Below, one piece after another: positions 56,812 through 59,357 of a stretch of DNA of 59,357 nt (within the stretch, counting starts at the first letter, position 1; each line of letters begins with the position of its first letter). Position numbers and translations under genes: made by a program. Below the pieces are notes generated by a model. That model saw only the letters and a program-made list of their open reading frames with translations. It had not been told where the DNA came from and did not search any database. This stretch comes from a virus. Taxonomy: Duplodnaviria > Caudoviricetes. The stretch covers positions 1-59,357 of the IMG/VR virus record IMGVR_UViG_3300032261_000006; one strand, written 5' to 3'.

Positions 56812-56822
56812 AGATCCTCCTA

Positions 56823-57068
56823 TTACAGCATACCAGATTGTTGTCTCGTGGTCAATACCACAGTTTTAGTCTTTGTGGCAGCATATTCCTGGCGCTTGGC
56901 TTCTAACTCTTCCGGCGTTGGTTGCTTCCATTTAGTGCTGCTCAAATTGACATAATCGCGAAACCATGCCAGCACGCTGAGTGTGGCTTCGTGAATCTCC
57001 TCATCATGTGCACCGTAGCAGATTGAGCACTCCTCTTCAGGCGGTTTCGATTTCCTGGATTTTTCCAT
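56823..57068 (-). CDS. hypothetical CxxC-H protein
   Basis: CSICYGAHDEEIHEAT; start uncertain. Confidence 0.5.
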   Translation of the reverse strand: MEKSRKSKPPEEECSICYGAHDEEIHEATLSVLAWFRDYVNLSSTKWKQPTPEELEAKRQEYAATKTKTVVLTTRQQSGML

Positions 57069-57381
57069 GGGTGAAACTCTGCTTAAGCGCCACCAAATCC
57101 GCCACAGCTTGGGCCAGTTCTGATAGTCGAACGTTCTGCCTGTACTGGGGTTCTTTATGAGTAGATTCATACCACAATTCGGCTAATTTGATCACCTTGC
57201 ATTCAACTACACGTAAATCGAAATAGCGGGTGGACTGATGATCGGCCTTCGATTCCGCCCGCAGTTTCTTGTATTCCGGCGAATGAATCGTGCAGTAATT
57301 GTGGCCCTGATATTCGCAGGTGGCATTACGTCTGCACGCGACGCCGTAGGTGGTGGTTGCTGAGCATGATTTGTTCATCAT
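57037..57381 (-). CDS. Zn-finger hypothetical protein
   Basis: CSATT..G..CRRNA......YCTIH; ATGA overlap with the pol stop. Confidence 0.6.
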   Translation of the reverse strand: MMNKSCSATTTYGVACRRNATCEYQGHNYCTIHSPEYKKLRAESKADHQSTRYFDLRVVECKVIKLAELWYESTHKEPQYRQNVRLSELAQAVADLVALKQSFTHGKIQEIETA

Positions 57382-58715
57382 TTCTCTAACTTCCCCCATC
57401 GATCGCCATAAGCGTAGCTCGACTTGATTGGAGTTGCGAATCTAACGCAGTTGGCGACGATCTCTTGACATTGAACCAGACTTTCCTCGATGCTGCGCTC
57501 GTAGCCTTCGACGAGCAATTCGTCGTGAATTTGCAGCAACGGCATAATGGGCAGGCCGCTTACGATGGTATCCCAAATTTCGGCCATGGCCAATTTCATT
57601 ACGGTCTGCGCCGTCGATTGAATTCGGTGTGAATAGGCATACCGGAGACCGGCTTCAACGATGCGCTTATGAACGGATTTCACCTCCGGAATCCAGCGAA
57701 TGCGGCCCGCATAATCCCAAGTATAGCCGTACTGACGAGCCCGACTGTACTGCTCATTCATTGCCGGTCGGATCTCTGAATAGACGCCAAACCAGGAGTT
57801 GATGGCTTCAGCACACTTTATCAGCGGCCATGAATCGACGTAGGCTTGCCGGTCGGCCTCCGTCCAGGATTTGTCGGAAGCTACTAGAATTTGGTCGCGC
57901 AAGCCCTCTTCAGTGATGCCGAAGAGGATACCGAAACCGATACGCTTGGCCGGATACCGGTGCTTCATCTTGTCTAATTTGTCCACCGGTAAATGGAAAA
58001 TGCGGCTGGCCGTCTCCGCATGAATGTCGCCATCCCGCAGGAACGTGTCAATCATCGGAAAGCAATCGGCGTCATCCGCAGCCGTGCGCATTTCGATCTG
58101 CGACAAATCGATAGTGCCCAGCTTCCGGCCCGGTGGTGCGATATAGCCGTCTCGAATTCGTTTACCGAGATCGGTACGGACCGGTTGCGCCATCAAATTC
58201 GGCTCTGATGATGAAATGCGTCCCGGCACCTGTCGCGTGACTCGCAGTGTGGTACGTACGCGGCCATCATCTTGGCTAGCGATGACCGGCAATACATCGG
58301 TATAAGACGTGCGCAACTTGTGTACTTCAGTGAATTCCTGTATCTTTGGGATGCACAGGTGCTGATGTTTGATCGATTCCAGCGCTTCGTCGTCCACTAT
58401 GTACCGTCTTTTGGACGCAACTTTCTTGATGTGCATCGGCTTGAGTTTAAGTCGATCGAACAGCAGAGCCGCGATCTGGTCCGGTGAGCCTAGATTGATC
58501 CGATAATTGGTAAGCCTGCGCACATCCTCGGTCAGCCGCTCTTCCTCTTCCTTCAGGTATCGACTGAATTTGTGAAAATGGTCCTTATCAATGAGGATGC
58601 CATTAGCTTGCATCGCCGCCACCATCGGCATGACGCCCAGGTCCAGCCGCCGAATGTTGGTGGTCGAGGGTTGATCCAGGAGCCGTACACCGTTATAGCA
58701 GGTTTGTTTAATCAT
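57378..58715 (-). CDS. polA: family A DNA polymerase, polymerase domain only
   Basis: NLGSPDQI..LLF, GRISSSEPNL, motif A DLSQIEMR, motif B RYPAKRIGFGILFG, motif C QIHDEL. The ATG at 58715 overlaps the exonuclease stop (ATGA). Confidence 0.92.
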   Translation of the reverse strand: MIKQTCYNGVRLLDQPSTTNIRRLDLGVMPMVAAMQANGILIDKDHFHKFSRYLKEEEERLTEDVRRLTNYRINLGSPDQIAALLFDRLKLKPMHIKKVASKRRYIVDDEALESIKHQHLCIPKIQEFTEVHKLRTSYTDVLPVIASQDDGRVRTTLRVTRQVPGRISSSEPNLMAQPVRTDLGKRIRDGYIAPPGRKLGTIDLSQIEMRTAADDADCFPMIDTFLRDGDIHAETASRIFHLPVDKLDKMKHRYPAKRIGFGILFGITEEGLRDQILVASDKSWTEADRQAYVDSWPLIKCAEAINSWFGVYSEIRPAMNEQYSRARQYGYTWDYAGRIRWIPEVKSVHKRIVEAGLRYAYSHRIQSTAQTVMKLAMAEIWDTIVSGLPIMPLLQIHDELLVEGYERSIEESLVQCQEIVANCVRFATPIKSSYAYGDRWGKLEK

Positions 58716-59357
58716 GCGAGTACAAACTTCCCCGGCCTCATCTGCCGGAATCGCACGGCCAGCCGCCGCAGCATCCACCAGACTCGCAAAGTGGCGTCAG
58801 AGTCACGGCAGGAATAATGCGTCACACGCCGCTTATCCCGCTCCCAGGCTAGTTCAATGCTGGGTACCGGCATCGGCCCAAACATGCTGATCGCGGGCAA
58901 TTTCTCCTCGTCCGACCAGTTGCGCCAGCGGTCGAGTAGGTCCGTTTCTGGGTCCTTTGTGGCGTCTCCGAGCCCTCTCCTTAGTTTCTGAGTGAGGCTC
59001 TGAGGCCGATATAGCCGGTAGCTTCCGTCATCGTTCAGGACAAGGTATTCCTCTGGTTTCGGCCATTCCCATTGGGCCAGCGTCTCGAAATATTCGATGG
59101 CCTTCTGACGGGCAAATGGTCGGACCAGATCCTCGAATTCCTCCATCTTCATTCCGCACAGCCGCCAAGCCAGAACCTTGAGCGATTGCGGCTGGTTGCC
59201 CAGATGATAGGCCCGGACCATGGTGTCGTCAAATCGGCGTAGAAATAGGCCGATCTGCTCATAGACCGGCCCGTCAAACAGGTAATTGTGCACCAGCCAT
59301 AGACCGCGCCTGCGTCTGGCCCATTTCTTATATTCTTCCAAGGCCCGTTCGTTGGCC
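58712..59357 (-). CDS. C-terminal part of the UDG / 3'-5' exonuclease fusion
   Basis: ExoII HNYLFD, DTMV.AY, SLK.LA, ExoIII YSCRDS; frame is open to the window end and joins 1..788. Confidence 0.85.
   Translation of the reverse strand, partial: ANERALEEYKKWARRRRGLWLVHNYLFDGPVYEQIGLFLRRFDDTMVRAYHLGNQPQSLKVLAWRLCGMKMEEFEDLVRPFARQKAIEYFETLAQWEWPKPEEYLVLNDDGSYRLYRPQSLTQKLRRGLGDATKDPETDLLDRWRNWSDEEKLPAISMFGPMPVPSIELAWERDKRRVTHYSCRDSDATLRVWWMLRRLAVRFRQMRPGKFVLA

Noticed and set aside
1-59357. tRNA/rRNA genes
   Set aside because: No cloverleaf with a convincing T-loop and acceptor stem seen by eye in the intergenic gaps; tRNAscan-SE was not run.
1-59357. Apparent abundance of CCGG/GGCC (RCCGGY) words
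   Set aside because: Impression only; it needs a k-mer count against a codon-preserving null, and GC-rich codon use may explain it.

Overview
The window appears to be a complete, circularly permuted genome (~59.35 kb) of a tailed dsDNA phage with siphovirus-type morphology. Both ends carry the hexamer TTGGCC, and a reading frame runs in-frame across the join. I found no integrase, so it is probably virulent; the host cannot be determined from sequence. There are five transcription units. (1) A leftward replication/nucleotide operon from ~7.19 kb through the window join to ~53.8 kb: DinG-like helicase, PD-(D/E)xK nuclease, AAA ATPase, ERCC4 nuclease, UDG-3'-5' exonuclease fusion, stand-alone PolA domain, PurZ-like enzyme, dUTPase and HD hydrolase. 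(2) A short rightward unit ending in an XRE regulator. (3) A ~34 kb leftward late operon: terminase, multi-enzyme portal fusion, MuF, protease, capsid, glycosyltransferase, tail, GTA-like tail tip, endolysin, fibre and a secreted repeat peptide. (4, 5) Divergent early regions driven by a family of closely similar sigma70 promoters. The strongest signal is a probable 2-aminoadenine (Z) genome module. It has a PurZ with the GSSGKG and YPIRV signatures, a retained guanine-specifying Asp, an adjacent HD hydrolase and dUTPase, no recognisable MazZ, and a split PolA with several substitutions at normally invariant residues. Other unusual items are a portal fused to pyrophosphatase, HAD and nuclease domains, a multi-core secreted peptide gene, about 9 dispersed palindromes, and a structured late-operon leader. 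All calls come from motif recognition by eye; no searches were run.
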